NCBI GenBank assembly: GCA_045106895.1
Contig: JBGCFM010000016.1
Span: 1-64,000, forward strand
DNA length: 64,000 nucleotides
Reading direction: 5' to 3'
Origin: Polyangiales bacterium
GTDB taxonomy: Bacteria; Myxococcota_A; Polyangia; Polyangiales; Houyiibacteriaceae
A program made the translations under genes and the position numbers. Under the pieces are notes generated by a model. The model saw only the letters and a list, made by a program, of their open reading frames with translations, did no database searches and was not told the origin of the DNA. Shown piece by piece: positions 38,105 to 47,748 of this stretch. The first letter of the stretch is position 1, and the number at the start of each line of letters is the position of its first letter.

Positions 38105-39001
38105 GGCATGCTGGGCTGAGAGACGCAGGGCGAGCCAAGTGACGGAGATCCAAAGAGTGTCCGCGAGGGCCAAGTGAACGAGCTGCAGCCACACCGGCGC
38201 GAGCAGCAAGATATTCAGGAAGCCCAAACCAACCTGCGTGCAGGCCACGCCCATCAGCCAGAGCGCAGGCGCGCCAACGTCTTGGTTGTACGCGCGCACC
38301 CCGAGGGTGACGCAAAGACCCGCGCCGACGAGAGCGGCGATAGGGTGGAGCGCACGAAGTCGAAGGAAGATGTGCGAGCTGGAGTCGAAGTCTGCGGCGA
38401 GGGCTTCACCGACACTCGTCGCCGGAAAGAGCGTGTCGCCGAGGGCGGCGATGGCTCCCGTTGCCCCCACGATGAGTAGAACGACGTAGACCGCGCGAAC
38501 GAAGGTTCGTTCGCCTCGGGGTAGCGTGATGGCCTTTCCGCCGTTTGCGTAGTGCGCGTGCATCGTGAGCGCGTAGAGCAGAGCGAAGGTGTTGAGCAGA
38601 TGGGCGGCGGCCCAGTAGGCGCGCGTGGACTCCGGGTTGTCGGCGACCATCTTGGTGAGCACGAGGCCGGCGCCAACGAGTGCCTCCGTCGTCATGAAGA
38701 AAAGCGTCCATGAGGCCCCGCGGCGGGCGAGATGGCCTTTCTCGTAGACACGGCGCGAAAACAGCACGAATAGCAGCGCAAAGATCCAAGCGAGGCCGGA
38801 TGTAATCCGGTGCGTGAGCTCGATCAGAGTCTCGAGGCTTGGGTCGAGTGGGACGACTTCACCGTTGCATAGGGGCCAGTGGTCGCCACAGCCTGCGCCG
38901 GAGAGCGTGGCGCGAACGAGTGCGCCCCACAGAATTACGAAGAGCGTGTAAGCGATCATCGCCAGCGACGCCTGCTTGTATCTCGCCTGTTTGCCGGTCA
39001 C
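38060..39001 (-). CDS. ctaA: Heme A synthase (COX15/CtaA)
   Basis: GAGCG.HWPLCNG, IELTHR, EALVGA, H-containing TM helices, QLVHL. GTG start inferred. Confidence 0.9.
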   Translation of the reverse strand: MTGKQARYKQASLAMIAYTLFVILWGALVRATLSGAGCGDHWPLCNGEVVPLDPSLETLIELTHRITSGLAWIFALLFVLFSRRVYEKGHLARRGASWTLFFMTTEALVGAGLVLTKMVADNPESTRAYWAAAHLLNTFALLYALTMHAHYANGGKAITLPRGERTFVRAVYVVLLIVGATGAIAALGDTLFPATSVGEALAADFDSSSHIFLRLRALHPIAALVGAGLCVTLGVRAYNQDVGAPALWLMGVACTQVGLGFLNILLLAPVWLQLVHLALADTLWISVTWLALRLSAQHASTKLDAVEAEPARA

Positions 39002-39109
39002 TTCACGAAGCTGGGGCGAGCGGCTGAGCCCGGCAAGGCGACCGCCTGCGTGTGAGCCCAAATATCGACGGAAGATTTTGCGGCGGCGCGAAGGTATAGT
39101 CCCGCCGAG

Positions 39110-40225
39110 ATGTTGCGATATCCCTATGGCCACCTCGACGGCGTGGACGCGTCCTCGTTGCCTTGGATTCGACGCCTCGCGCGCTCGGGCTTGGCGCTCG
39201 GAGCGCTTCCCCAGGTTCTCGGCGAGCTTGCGGGTTGCACCGTCGCGTTGGCGGAGCCGTCGTTTCGCAGCTACGCGCAGGCGGAGCTTTCGAGTGCGCT
39301 CACGGGAACCCGTGTTTGCGTGGCGTTGATCGGCGACGCCCTCGACGCCCGAGTCGCCGTAGAGCTTTCGCCACCTATCGCCGCGTCGCTCGTCGATCGC
39401 GCGCTCGGCGGGGATGGCTCGGCGTCAGTGGGGGCCCTCACCGACGGCCAACGAGGCGTCGTCGCGTTCTTGGCGTCAGAAGCGCTCTCACGCTTGGCGG
39501 TTCCACTTCGCATCGCGACGGTGTTGACCACCACGGAGAGCATCCTGGCGTTCCTCGGCACAGCAGGCGCCGGAGCGTGGATGGTTCGTACGGAGGTGGG
39601 CGAACGCGCGGGAACGCTCCGCGCCTGGATCCCCGCCGGTTCAAAGCTGCCGCTGACGCCGGCGAAGCCGCAGAACCTCCAGGTCACGTTTGTTCATGAC
39701 CTCGCGGAGGCGGCCGTGCTGGGCGAGACCTTGCGTGGCCTTCATTTGGACGATGTGTTTCTCTTCGACAAAGCGGAAGGCTGGGGCGAGCTTGCCCGCG
39801 TACGCGCGCTTTGCGGGAGGCGGACCACTTGGTGGGTTCGTGGCGGCGTTATCGAGAGCATCGAAGAAGGCACAAGCGCACCGAGCGCGCGAGGAGAAGT
39901 CATGGACAAGCCTGTGGACACCGAAGCGACGCGAGGAGCGCAGCCCTCCGCCGTCACCGCCAACGCGAACTACGAAGCCGACACCCGCCGAGTCGCCGAA
40001 GGGCTGGCCGCCGTCGGCGACGCGCCGGTGCAGGTTTCTTTGGAGATCGCCCGCTTCACCCTCGCCCTCGACGAGGTGGCCCACCTGGCCCCTGGGGAGG
40101 TCGTCGGCGCAGGTGTTCAGGTAGGAGATGAGGTTCGGCTTCGCGCCGGCGATCGTGTCCTGGCGGTCGGGGACCTCGTCGACATCGACGGCCAGATCGG
40201 CGTTCGTATCCGCCGGCTCCCCTGA
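39110..40225 (+). CDS. FliM/FliN/SctQ-family protein (SpoA domain)
   Basis: C-terminal SpoA signature L.PGEVV...V.LRAG..V.A.GDLVDIDGQIGVRI. Confidence 0.82.
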   Translation: MLRYPYGHLDGVDASSLPWIRRLARSGLALGALPQVLGELAGCTVALAEPSFRSYAQAELSSALTGTRVCVALIGDALDARVAVELSPPIAASLVDRALGGDGSASVGALTDGQRGVVAFLASEALSRLAVPLRIATVLTTTESILAFLGTAGAGAWMVRTEVGERAGTLRAWIPAGSKLPLTPAKPQNLQVTFVHDLAEAAVLGETLRGLHLDDVFLFDKAEGWGELARVRALCGRRTTWWVRGGVIESIEEGTSAPSARGEVMDKPVDTEATRGAQPSAVTANANYEADTRRVAEGLAAVGDAPVQVSLEIARFTLALDEVAHLAPGEVVGAGVQVGDEVRLRAGDRVLAVGDLVDIDGQIGVRIRRLP

Positions 40226-40325
40226 GGAAAGGGCGTATTTTCTTCCACAATGCCCTTGGCCGGAGGAGCGCTGACCCCATCTCCTTGACGGGAGACCTGA
40301 TCGCGTGACACGCCTTCGGCGCCGT

Positions 40326-41204
40326 ATGGAAGAGACGCTGACACCTACTTATCGCTTGTCGCTCGCCGACTTCGTATCCCTTGCGAAGCCTCGAATCACC
40401 TTGATGGTGGTGCTCACGGCGGCGGGCGGAATGTTCCTCGCGCCGAATTCTCTTCCGCTCTCGACCATCATCGTCATGTTGACCACGACGGCGACGGTGG
40501 TGATGGGCGCCAACTCGCTGAACTGCTGGCTTGAGCGCGACACGGACCGGCTCATGCGCCGGACGAAGACTCGCCCGCTGCCCACAGGACGAATGAACCC
40601 CAAGGTCGCCAAGGCCTTCGGCCTTATCCTCGGCGCCATCTCCGTCCCGAGCCTGACGGTCTTCGTGAACCCGCTCACCGGCGCCCTCGGGGCCTTGGCG
40701 CTCATCAGCTACGTAGCGATGTACACGCCGATGAAACGCCGCGCGCCTTCCGCGTTGCTCATCGGCTCGGTCCCCGGCGCGCTGCCGCCGCTCATGGGCT
40801 GGACCGCTGCCACTGGACGCTTGGACGCTCCAGGCCTCGCGCTCTTCGCCATCCTCTTCTTTTGGCAGGTGCCGCACTTCATCGCCATCGCGACGTACCG
40901 CAAGGACGAGTATGAAGCCGCAGGTATGAAGACCATCGTCACCGTCCGTGGCATTGAGAGCGCAAAACTTCAGGCCTTCTCGTACGCTGGCCTTTTGGTG
41001 GGCTCCTCGCTCCTCCTCTACGCCTTCCGCGTCACCGGCATGGTCTATCTCGTGACGGCTTCGATTCTCGGTCTCGCCTTTGTCGGCATCACAGCGTCGG
41101 GTTTCTTCCGAACGGACACATCCAAGTGGGCGCGTCAGGTGTTCGCGGCGTCTCTGGTCTACCTCACGGCTTTGATGGCCGTGATGATGCTCGACGCGCA
41201 GTGA
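40326..41204 (+). CDS. ctaB: Protoheme IX farnesyltransferase (heme O synthase)
   Basis: KPRI, N...ERD.D..M.RT..RPLP.G, YT..KR, GA.PPL.GW, WQ.PHF. Confidence 0.96.
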   Translation: MEETLTPTYRLSLADFVSLAKPRITLMVVLTAAGGMFLAPNSLPLSTIIVMLTTTATVVMGANSLNCWLERDTDRLMRRTKTRPLPTGRMNPKVAKAFGLILGAISVPSLTVFVNPLTGALGALALISYVAMYTPMKRRAPSALLIGSVPGALPPLMGWTAATGRLDAPGLALFAILFFWQVPHFIAIATYRKDEYEAAGMKTIVTVRGIESAKLQAFSYAGLLVGSSLLLYAFRVTGMVYLVTASILGLAFVGITASGFFRTDTSKWARQVFAASLVYLTALMAVMMLDAQ

Positions 41205-41782
41205 GCGTCGTCGGGCAGGCGCGTCTTCGGTTTACGCATCTGCTGCTCCTCTCGGCTCTCCTAGGTTGCGGCTCAGAGTCCCTTCCGGTGCTGACGGAAG
41301 TCCCGAATTTCTCGCTCACGCGAGAGAATGGCGAGGCGTTCTCGAGCGCGGAGTCGCTTCGTGGGCACGTCTGGGTCGCTAACTTCATCTTCACCACCTG
41401 CCCCTCAGTGTGCCCGACGCTGACATCGCAGATGGGAAACCTTGAGCGTCGCACCCGAGGAACGGACGTTCGTTTCGTGTCGTTCAGCGTCGACCCAACC
41501 ACGGACACGCCGGAGGTTCTCCTACGCTACGCCCGCGGCCACGACGCCAACCTTGAGCGCTGGGCGTTCTTGACCGGCGACGCTTCGGAGATGCGCTCCG
41601 TTATCGAGGAAGGCTTGCGCATGCGCATGGGCGAACGCGCCGACGGAGACATCCTCCACGGCGCGCACTTTGTGCTCGTCGACGCGACTGGTCATGTGCG
41701 CGGGTTCTACCGAAACGAAGGTCCCGAGCAGGAGCGTCTCGTGGAAGACGCTCGTCGACTCAGCGAAAACGCCTCGAACTAG
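41201..41782 (+). CDS. SCO family copper chaperone lipoprotein
   Basis: FTTCPSVCP (CxxxC), SVDP..DTP, conserved His in ILHG. Confidence 0.92.
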   Translation: MSVVGQARLRFTHLLLLSALLGCGSESLPVLTEVPNFSLTRENGEAFSSAESLRGHVWVANFIFTTCPSVCPTLTSQMGNLERRTRGTDVRFVSFSVDPTTDTPEVLLRYARGHDANLERWAFLTGDASEMRSVIEEGLRMRMGERADGDILHGAHFVLVDATGHVRGFYRNEGPEQERLVEDARRLSENASN

Positions 41783-41813
41783 ACTGGGCGAAGTCAGAAA
41801 CAAAAAGAGCCGG

Positions 41814-42689
41814 CTACGACGTGCAGGCGCTGCCAGGGGCGCGCCGGATTTCGCGAATGCGTTGCCGCGCTCTGCCTGCGAGGGGAGAGCGCCGGAAGTT
41901 CGACGTCAGCGTCTGGAAGGCGTTGCGGGCGTCGGTGCATGCGTGGAGCGCAAAGAACGCCTCGCCCATGTCGAAGAGAGTCTCGTCCATCGCATCGCCC
42001 GTCGCGTAGGACGAGATGACTCGGCGGAACTCACGAAGCGCGCTGGCTGGGCGGTTCTCCGCAAGGTACGACTTCCCGATCCAGTACAGCGCATTGTCCG
42101 CGTTTTCGTCATCCGCGTAGCGCGTGATGTACGCACGAAAAAGTGCGCGTGACTGGCTGTGCTCTTCACGCTGATAAGCCTGGTAGGCCGCCGTGAAATG
42201 GTCGTCCTTGGCCGCTGGAATCTCCGACTCTGGCACCGGCATGTCGACGCCGCTCTTGCGCGCAAACTGCTGAAAACGTTCGTCGAAACGAGTCTGCTGT
42301 TCGCCCACCTGCCGCTGCGTGCTCGTCAGCTCGTTGCGCAACTCGGCGAGCGTGCCTTCAAGGGTCTGAAGCTGCTCACGAAGCTGTGAAACCTCCGTGC
42401 CGAGGTCCGCGCTGTTCCGGGTGACGACCTGAGTCGCACGTTCAAGGACCTGCTCCAGCTCGACGACCTTGGCCTGCGCGCTCTCAAGGGCGGTCTGCAT
42501 CTGGAGGCGCTCTTCTTCCATGCCGCGCTCGAGGGCGGTGAGACGAGCGTCGTGGTGTTCGGACGAGCGAGCGAGCCGCGTGCCGTCTGCTTTTGAGTAG
42601 CAACCTGCGACGGGAATAAGGAGCGCGCCGATCAAAGCGGTGCGAACGATTGTGCTCCGATGAAGGGCAGTGCGAAAGAGGATGCTCAT
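41814..42689 (-). CDS. cpoB: Cell division coordinator CpoB/YbgF (coiled coil + TPR)
   Basis: Lipoprotein signal, long coiled coil, TPR with ADNALYWIG; directly downstream of a Pal-like gene. Confidence 0.85.
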   Translation of the reverse strand: MSILFRTALHRSTIVRTALIGALLIPVAGCYSKADGTRLARSSEHHDARLTALERGMEEERLQMQTALESAQAKVVELEQVLERATQVVTRNSADLGTEVSQLREQLQTLEGTLAELRNELTSTQRQVGEQQTRFDERFQQFARKSGVDMPVPESEIPAAKDDHFTAAYQAYQREEHSQSRALFRAYITRYADDENADNALYWIGKSYLAENRPASALREFRRVISSYATGDAMDETLFDMGEAFFALHACTDARNAFQTLTSNFRRSPLAGRARQRIREIRRAPGSACTS

Positions 42690-42690
42690 C

Positions 42691-43335
42691 TCATCGCTCC
42701 GTGAAGGTGACTTTGCGGTCGAGGCGCCAGCTCGCTTCGCTTTCGCCGGCGGCCATTTCCTCGCCCATGGACGAGCCAGAAAAGCTGTTTCGGTCCGCGC
42801 CAAGGCTCGTCATGTACTGAATGACGCCGCGTGCGCGACGGTCACCAAGTGCGAGGTTGTATTCCTCCGTACCGCGGGGGTCGGTGTACCCGGTTACATG
42901 AACACGCGAGATACTTCGCTCACGCATGCACTGCACGTTCGCCGCCATGATGTCGCGCGAGGAGTTGTCGAGGCCGTCTTGGTCGAAGGAAAAGTAGATC
43001 GGCTCAAGCTGGCAGGACGTGTCTGTGTTCGTGGGTTCCGTGAGCCCGAGGTCCTGCGAGCTGATGGCAACGCAGCGATTGTTCTGACATTCCTGGCCGT
43101 CCGGGCAGGGCGTCTCACTGCTGCAGTAGCTCTCGATGGGATCGCAGCGGCCGCCGTTGCACTCTTGTCCCGCAGGGCAGTCCGCGTTGGTTCGGCAGAG
43201 CTGGCACTGGCCGTCCACGCAGTATTCGCTCTCGTGACAATCATCGTCGTCGCCACAGCGGGGGTATTCGGGGCCACATCCCGTGCTCGAAAACGCGAGC
43301 ACAGCGGCAAAGGCGAAGGGGGCAGTCTTGAACAT
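42691..43335 (-). CDS. Pal/OmpA-family peptidoglycan-binding lipoprotein with Cys-rich N-terminal repeats
   Basis: IYFSFD, GYTDPRGTEEYNLALGDRRA, SMGEE, RK; three C...DC...C..G.C repeats. Confidence 0.88.
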   Translation of the reverse strand: MFKTAPFAFAAVLAFSSTGCGPEYPRCGDDDDCHESEYCVDGQCQLCRTNADCPAGQECNGGRCDPIESYCSSETPCPDGQECQNNRCVAISSQDLGLTEPTNTDTSCQLEPIYFSFDQDGLDNSSRDIMAANVQCMRERSISRVHVTGYTDPRGTEEYNLALGDRRARGVIQYMTSLGADRNSFSGSSMGEEMAAGESEASWRLDRKVTFTER

Positions 43336-43510
43336 GCGCTTTAAATGCACTTTGGGGATGAACACAGTCCTTCGCGAGTACCGCTGCGGCCACAAAGTGT
43401 CAAACGGGATGGGGGCTGCTGGCGAATTCACCTGATTCTAGTCGCTTTTTGCGTCGTTGCTCCGGGTGACTCGATCCGCAAAGATGAGGAGCGGACGGAT
43501 CGCCAAAGAG

Positions 43511-45238
43511 ATGAACGGCACACGAACAATATGGCTCTTGGCGCTGGTTGCGGGGCTTACTAGCTGTTCCAGCTCGGCCCCATCAGTCGATGGTGGGGTG
43601 GAGGGGGGCGTGTTCGCCGATGTACTCACGACGGATGTGCCCCCGAGCATTTGTGGTGCACGCACAGATACCGACAGAGATGGGATCAGCGACGCCAATG
43701 AGGGCACGGACGACACCGATGGTGACGAAATCCCGAACCTCGAAGACCTGGATTCGGACGGTGATGGCGTTCCCGACGCTATCGAGGCCGGCGTCGCTGA
43801 CTGCACGATACGCCCCCTCGATACCGATGGAGACGGTCTACCGGACTACCTAGACAACGACAGCGACAACGACGGCGCGTCCGATGGGGAAGAGTCCGCA
43901 GCTGGGAGTAGCCGAGTTCTCAGCGATACGGATAGCGATGGCGTTGGAGATCTCGAAGAGATCGCTTTTGCGGACTTTCATTGCGAAGACGAACCTTCGA
44001 CGTGTGAATGTGTAACCACGGACGCGTGCGTGGTTCCCGCAGAGGTCACCATCGCCGTACTGGCGGACGGCGAAAGCGCGGAATTCGATGTCTCCTTTTC
44101 AACGTCGATCCCCGCCGCAGACGTTTTCTTCCTCGTCGATACGACGCAGTCGATGGGCGGGACCCTCGCGAACGTGAAGAGCGTCCTCGACGGAGGCGAC
44201 CTTGTATCGCAGATTCAAACGCATATTCCGGATGTGCGATTGGGGGGGGGCCAGCACGATGACTTTCCCCTCGGTCCTTACGGCGCCGGCGATGACGAGA
44301 CGTTCTTGCTCGCACGCGCCATGACACCACCCACGAACGTGTCTCTTCTGATCGATGCGCTGGAAGAGATGGAGCTGCACGGAGGCGGGGACGGGCCAGA
44401 GGCCAACGTCCAAGCGCTTCACCAGCTCATCTCGGGGGAGGGCGGGCGCTGGACATACACGGAGGGCCCGAGCCCGCGAAGCTACGACGCACGCGCCACC
44501 GCCGGTGATTGTCGCTCGGGATATGGTGCCGCTTGTTTTCGGGAGGGCGTGCTCCCTATCGTGTTGCACTTCACAGACGCCTGCGCCCACAACGGCCCGC
44601 CCGGTGAGTATGTGGGTTGCACGCCCTACGAGAATATCGACCCCAGTGTCGGGACCTGGGACGACGTCATCTCCGAGCTCAACGAGCGGGGCACGAAGTT
44701 CCTAGGAGTGAACGCGACTCGAACGGGCTGCGAAGAGAGCGCGGCGGCCACCAGTACCTCACCTTGTTTTTTCCTCCAGCAAACGGCGATCGCTACCGGA
44801 ACCGTGTCCCCGGAAGGCCGCCCTTTGACCCTCGACTTGCCCAACGACGCCGAACTCCCTGAGTTTCGTGCTGCCCTCTCGGCGGCTGTGGAGCTCGTGG
44901 CGACGCAGGTGCCTCTGCGGGTGAGCGCGTCCGCCGCAGGGGATGTCGAGGCCTTCATTCAGGCGTTTCGGCCGGCTTGTGTGCCGGATGAGCCCACGCT
45001 TCCATGCTGGAGCCCTCCTGCTGGCGTGTCGGCTGCGGCCGCCGTGGCGGACGTCAACGAATCCGCTTTCGAAGGCGTTTTACCGGGTACTCAGGTCCTA
45101 TTTCGCCTTGAACTGCGAAACGTCGGAACTGTTTCTGGCCGACGTTCCCAGCGGAGCCGGGGGACACTGGAAGCTCGCGGGGGTCCTCTTCGACTCCAAG
45201 CGCGTGAACTGATCGTCGCTGTGCCCGCGGCGTCGTAA
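43511..45238 (+). CDS. Lipoprotein with Ca-binding DxDxDG (TSP3-like) repeats and integrin-beta-like VWA domain
   Basis: Lipobox LTSC; DTDRDG repeats; [34 protein letters not shown]. Confidence 0.82.
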   Translation: MNGTRTIWLLALVAGLTSCSSSAPSVDGGVEGGVFADVLTTDVPPSICGARTDTDRDGISDANEGTDDTDGDEIPNLEDLDSDGDGVPDAIEAGVADCTIRPLDTDGDGLPDYLDNDSDNDGASDGEESAAGSSRVLSDTDSDGVGDLEEIAFADFHCEDEPSTCECVTTDACVVPAEVTIAVLADGESAEFDVSFSTSIPAADVFFLVDTTQSMGGTLANVKSVLDGGDLVSQIQTHIPDVRLGGGQHDDFPLGPYGAGDDETFLLARAMTPPTNVSLLIDALEEMELHGGGDGPEANVQALHQLISGEGGRWTYTEGPSPRSYDARATAGDCRSGYGAACFREGVLPIVLHFTDACAHNGPPGEYVGCTPYENIDPSVGTWDDVISELNERGTKFLGVNATRTGCEESAAATSTSPCFFLQQTAIATGTVSPEGRPLTLDLPNDAELPEFRAALSAAVELVATQVPLRVSASAAGDVEAFIQAFRPACVPDEPTLPCWSPPAGVSAAAAVADVNESAFEGVLPGTQVLFRLELRNVGTVSGRRSQRSRGTLEARGGPLRLQARELIVAVPAAS

Positions 45239-45261
45239 GCGAAGCCTTTCGCTTCGCCTTT
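45239..45261 (+). terminator. Short hairpin between the two VWA paralogs (weak terminator/attenuator)
   Basis: GCGAAGC-ctttc-GCTTCGC followed by CTTT. Confidence 0.35.
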
Positions 45262-45300
45262 GCAGGCGCTACCCTTGGGTCCGAGCTTTAGGAGGCCGCC

Positions 45301-47034
45301 ATGAACGGGAAGAGATACGCACTTGCTGCGTTGGTCGTAGCACTAGGTTGTTCTCCCGGCGGTGAACCACCTTCAAGAATCTTCGACGGAGGACCGAACT
45401 TCGACGGAGGACCCAACTTCGACGCAGGCGGACCTATGGGTTCCTGCGATCCGACCTCGGACATGGACGGCGATGGCATTGCCGACTTCCGTGAAGGAAG
45501 TGCCGACCCGGACCTCGACGGAATCCCCGCCGAGCAAGATCTCGATTCCGATGGTGACGGAATCCCGGATGCGATGGAAGCGGGCACGGATCCTTGCGGG
45601 CCACCAAACTCCGACGGCGACGACACGCCGGACTTCCTCGACAACGACAGCGACAACGACGGCCTCACAGACAGCGAGGAGATCGCCGCGGGCACGAACC
45701 CTCGCGTCAACGACTCTGACGGCGACGGCATCCCGGACCTCGTGGAGCTTCGTGGATCACGGACGGATCCGAACGACTCCTCGGACAGCATCCCCGCAAC
45801 GGACTTCTTCGTGGTGCTTCCATACAACGGCAACCGCGAGGCACGAACGCTTCGATTCGGCACCAACATCGAGGTCGCCGACATCTTCTTCTTGGTCGAC
45901 ATGACCGGCTCCATGCAGGGCGAGCGCACGAACCTCATCAACGGCTTGTTGACGACGATTGTCCCGGGCATCCAGGCCGCCATTCCAAACGTTCAGTTTG
46001 GTGCAGGCGGGTTCGATGACTACCCCACCGGCAACTACGGAAGCCCCCGAGACCTTCCATTCTACCTGCTCCGCGAAATCGATACCGCCGACATGGACCG
46101 AGGCTCATGGAGCCTCTCGGCCACTCCCACGATGTGCCCACGTGGTGGCGCAAACGACATCGGCATGATCACCGGCGCCCCGGACGGTCGTCCCGACATC
46201 CTCCAGGCTCTTGAAGGATTGCCTTGCCACTCCGGCAACGACGGCCCCGAAAGCTACGTTCCCGCCATGTTCGCCACGGCGACTGGACTTGGCCTCACCT
46301 GGCCCGGCGGCTCCATCCCCGGCCGAACGTGTCCGGCGATTCCCGACGAGCCGGTGGCACGTCAAGGCTACCCATGTTTCCGACCCGGCGCCTTGCCCAT
46401 TATCCTTCTCTTCGGCGACGCCAACTTCCACAACGGTCCAGGAAACTCGGCGCCTTACACGTCGATCCCTGCAGCACCTACCTACGTCAACACTGCGGCA
46501 GCACTCAACAGCATTGGCGCTCGCGTCATCAGCATCTTCTCCGGCTCTGGGACTCCACGCGCGGACTACGAAGACATCGGCCGGATGACGGGCACCGTGG
46601 ATGGCGCCGGAAACCCGCTCGTGTTTGACATCAGCGGCACGGGAACAGGCCTCGACAGCGCCGTCGTCAACGCCGTCGCGAACCTTGTCAACGGAACGCC
46701 ACAGGACGTGAGCACGGGGACTCAGAACGTTCCCGGCAACCCCGACGAGTTCGATGCGACGCAGTTCATCAAGAGCATCACGCCCGTCGAGGGCTACGTC
46801 GGTGCAACGCCTGGTGAAGGTTACACAAGCTTCGACGAGACGACGTTCTACGGTGTCATTCCCGGCACCGACGTCGAGTTCGCCATCGACTTCTACAACG
46901 ACGTTCGGCCTCCAGCGGCCGTCGCACAGGTCTTCGTGGCGCAGATTAATGTTCTTGGTAACGGCGTCGCAAATCTCGACCAGCGACGCGTCTACATTCT
47001 CGTGCCCACCGAGGGCGGAGTGATTCTGCTCTAG
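45301..47034 (+). CDS. Second lipoprotein with DxDxDG repeats and integrin-beta-like VWA domain (paralog of upstream gene)
   Basis: Lipobox ALGC; AGGAGG RBS; ADIFFLVDMTGSM, GNDGPE, FRPGALPIILLFGDA.FH. Confidence 0.85.
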   Translation: MNGKRYALAALVVALGCSPGGEPPSRIFDGGPNFDGGPNFDAGGPMGSCDPTSDMDGDGIADFREGSADPDLDGIPAEQDLDSDGDGIPDAMEAGTDPCGPPNSDGDDTPDFLDNDSDNDGLTDSEEIAAGTNPRVNDSDGDGIPDLVELRGSRTDPNDSSDSIPATDFFVVLPYNGNREARTLRFGTNIEVADIFFLVDMTGSMQGERTNLINGLLTTIVPGIQAAIPNVQFGAGGFDDYPTGNYGSPRDLPFYLLREIDTADMDRGSWSLSATPTMCPRGGANDIGMITGAPDGRPDILQALEGLPCHSGNDGPESYVPAMFATATGLGLTWPGGSIPGRTCPAIPDEPVARQGYPCFRPGALPIILLFGDANFHNGPGNSAPYTSIPAAPTYVNTAAALNSIGARVISIFSGSGTPRADYEDIGRMTGTVDGAGNPLVFDISGTGTGLDSAVVNAVANLVNGTPQDVSTGTQNVPGNPDEFDATQFIKSITPVEGYVGATPGEGYTSFDETTFYGVIPGTDVEFAIDFYNDVRPPAAVAQVFVAQINVLGNGVANLDQRRVYILVPTEGGVILL

Positions 47035-47531
47035 AAGGCGAGCCCCACGGCGACCCGGGCGCGCGGCGTCCACTCGTCTCGGGGATTCCAAAGGACACCA
47101 GTGCTCGCTTCGAAGAGGAGCGAGCGCCAGGTGAAGGCGTAGCCAACTTCGGCCCCGCCACCGAAGATTCGTTCGGCGCCTTCCTCGTAGGTCGCTCCAA
47201 GGGTCAGTAAGAGCCCGTCGAAGCTGCGGCCGAGTGGGCGGATGTCGAGGTGCGCCGCGCCCAGGAAGGTCCGGGACTCTCCGCTTCGAAACCCACCGCT
47301 CACCCGAGCGCCAAGGTAGCGGGAGGGCATAGCGTGAAGACTCAGGGTGTACTCCCCCCAGATCGGCGCGATGATGTCCAGGGTGAGCGCGAAGCGCTGC
47401 CACGGCGCACTTTGGTCCGTCGAGAGTGCGAGGCTCGGGGCTTCATCTTGAACGCTCTGCGCGTACGCAATTTGTGTGACGGAGAGGGCACAGAGGGCGA
47501 AGAAGAACGGGGCAGTGCGAGGTGTTGCCAT
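47031..47531 (-). CDS. Small secreted probable beta-barrel protein
   Basis: Signal peptide ending AYA; amphipathic strands; C-terminal Phe. Confidence 0.7.
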   Translation of the reverse strand: MATPRTAPFFFALCALSVTQIAYAQSVQDEAPSLALSTDQSAPWQRFALTLDIIAPIWGEYTLSLHAMPSRYLGARVSGGFRSGESRTFLGAAHLDIRPLGRSFDGLLLTLGATYEEGAERIFGGGAEVGYAFTWRSLLFEASTGVLWNPRDEWTPRARVAVGLAF

Positions 47532-47748
47532 GGCGCCGCTCTCGGGCGTGTCGCTGGTCGGTTGCCAACTGCTTCTCGTTCAGGCCGAAAACTCCATCTT
47601 TCCGCCTGTCTTTTTCATACTTTCGCGTTCCAAAGCGCTTCGTTTGCCCAGAAGGGTAAATGCGTGCTTGAGTAGGGGCGCAGTCACGGGATTGAAGATT
47701 TTGAAGGTCAATCCGTCGACTGAGAGTCACTTTTCAAGCGAGCCCCTT

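Noticed and set aside
45382..45435. 18-nt tandem repeat (FDGGPN x2-3); also GAAGAAGGA repeats near 35360 and D(I/V)P repeats near 58180-58260
   Set aside because: In-frame low-complexity linkers of lipoproteins or acidic tails; no independent function evident.
47652..47725. Resemblance to a c-di-GMP-I (GEMM) riboswitch (GGGTAAA...GGCGCA)
   Set aside because: Lacks the GNRA-capped P2 stem and the CGCAAA junction; kept only as a generic structured leader.
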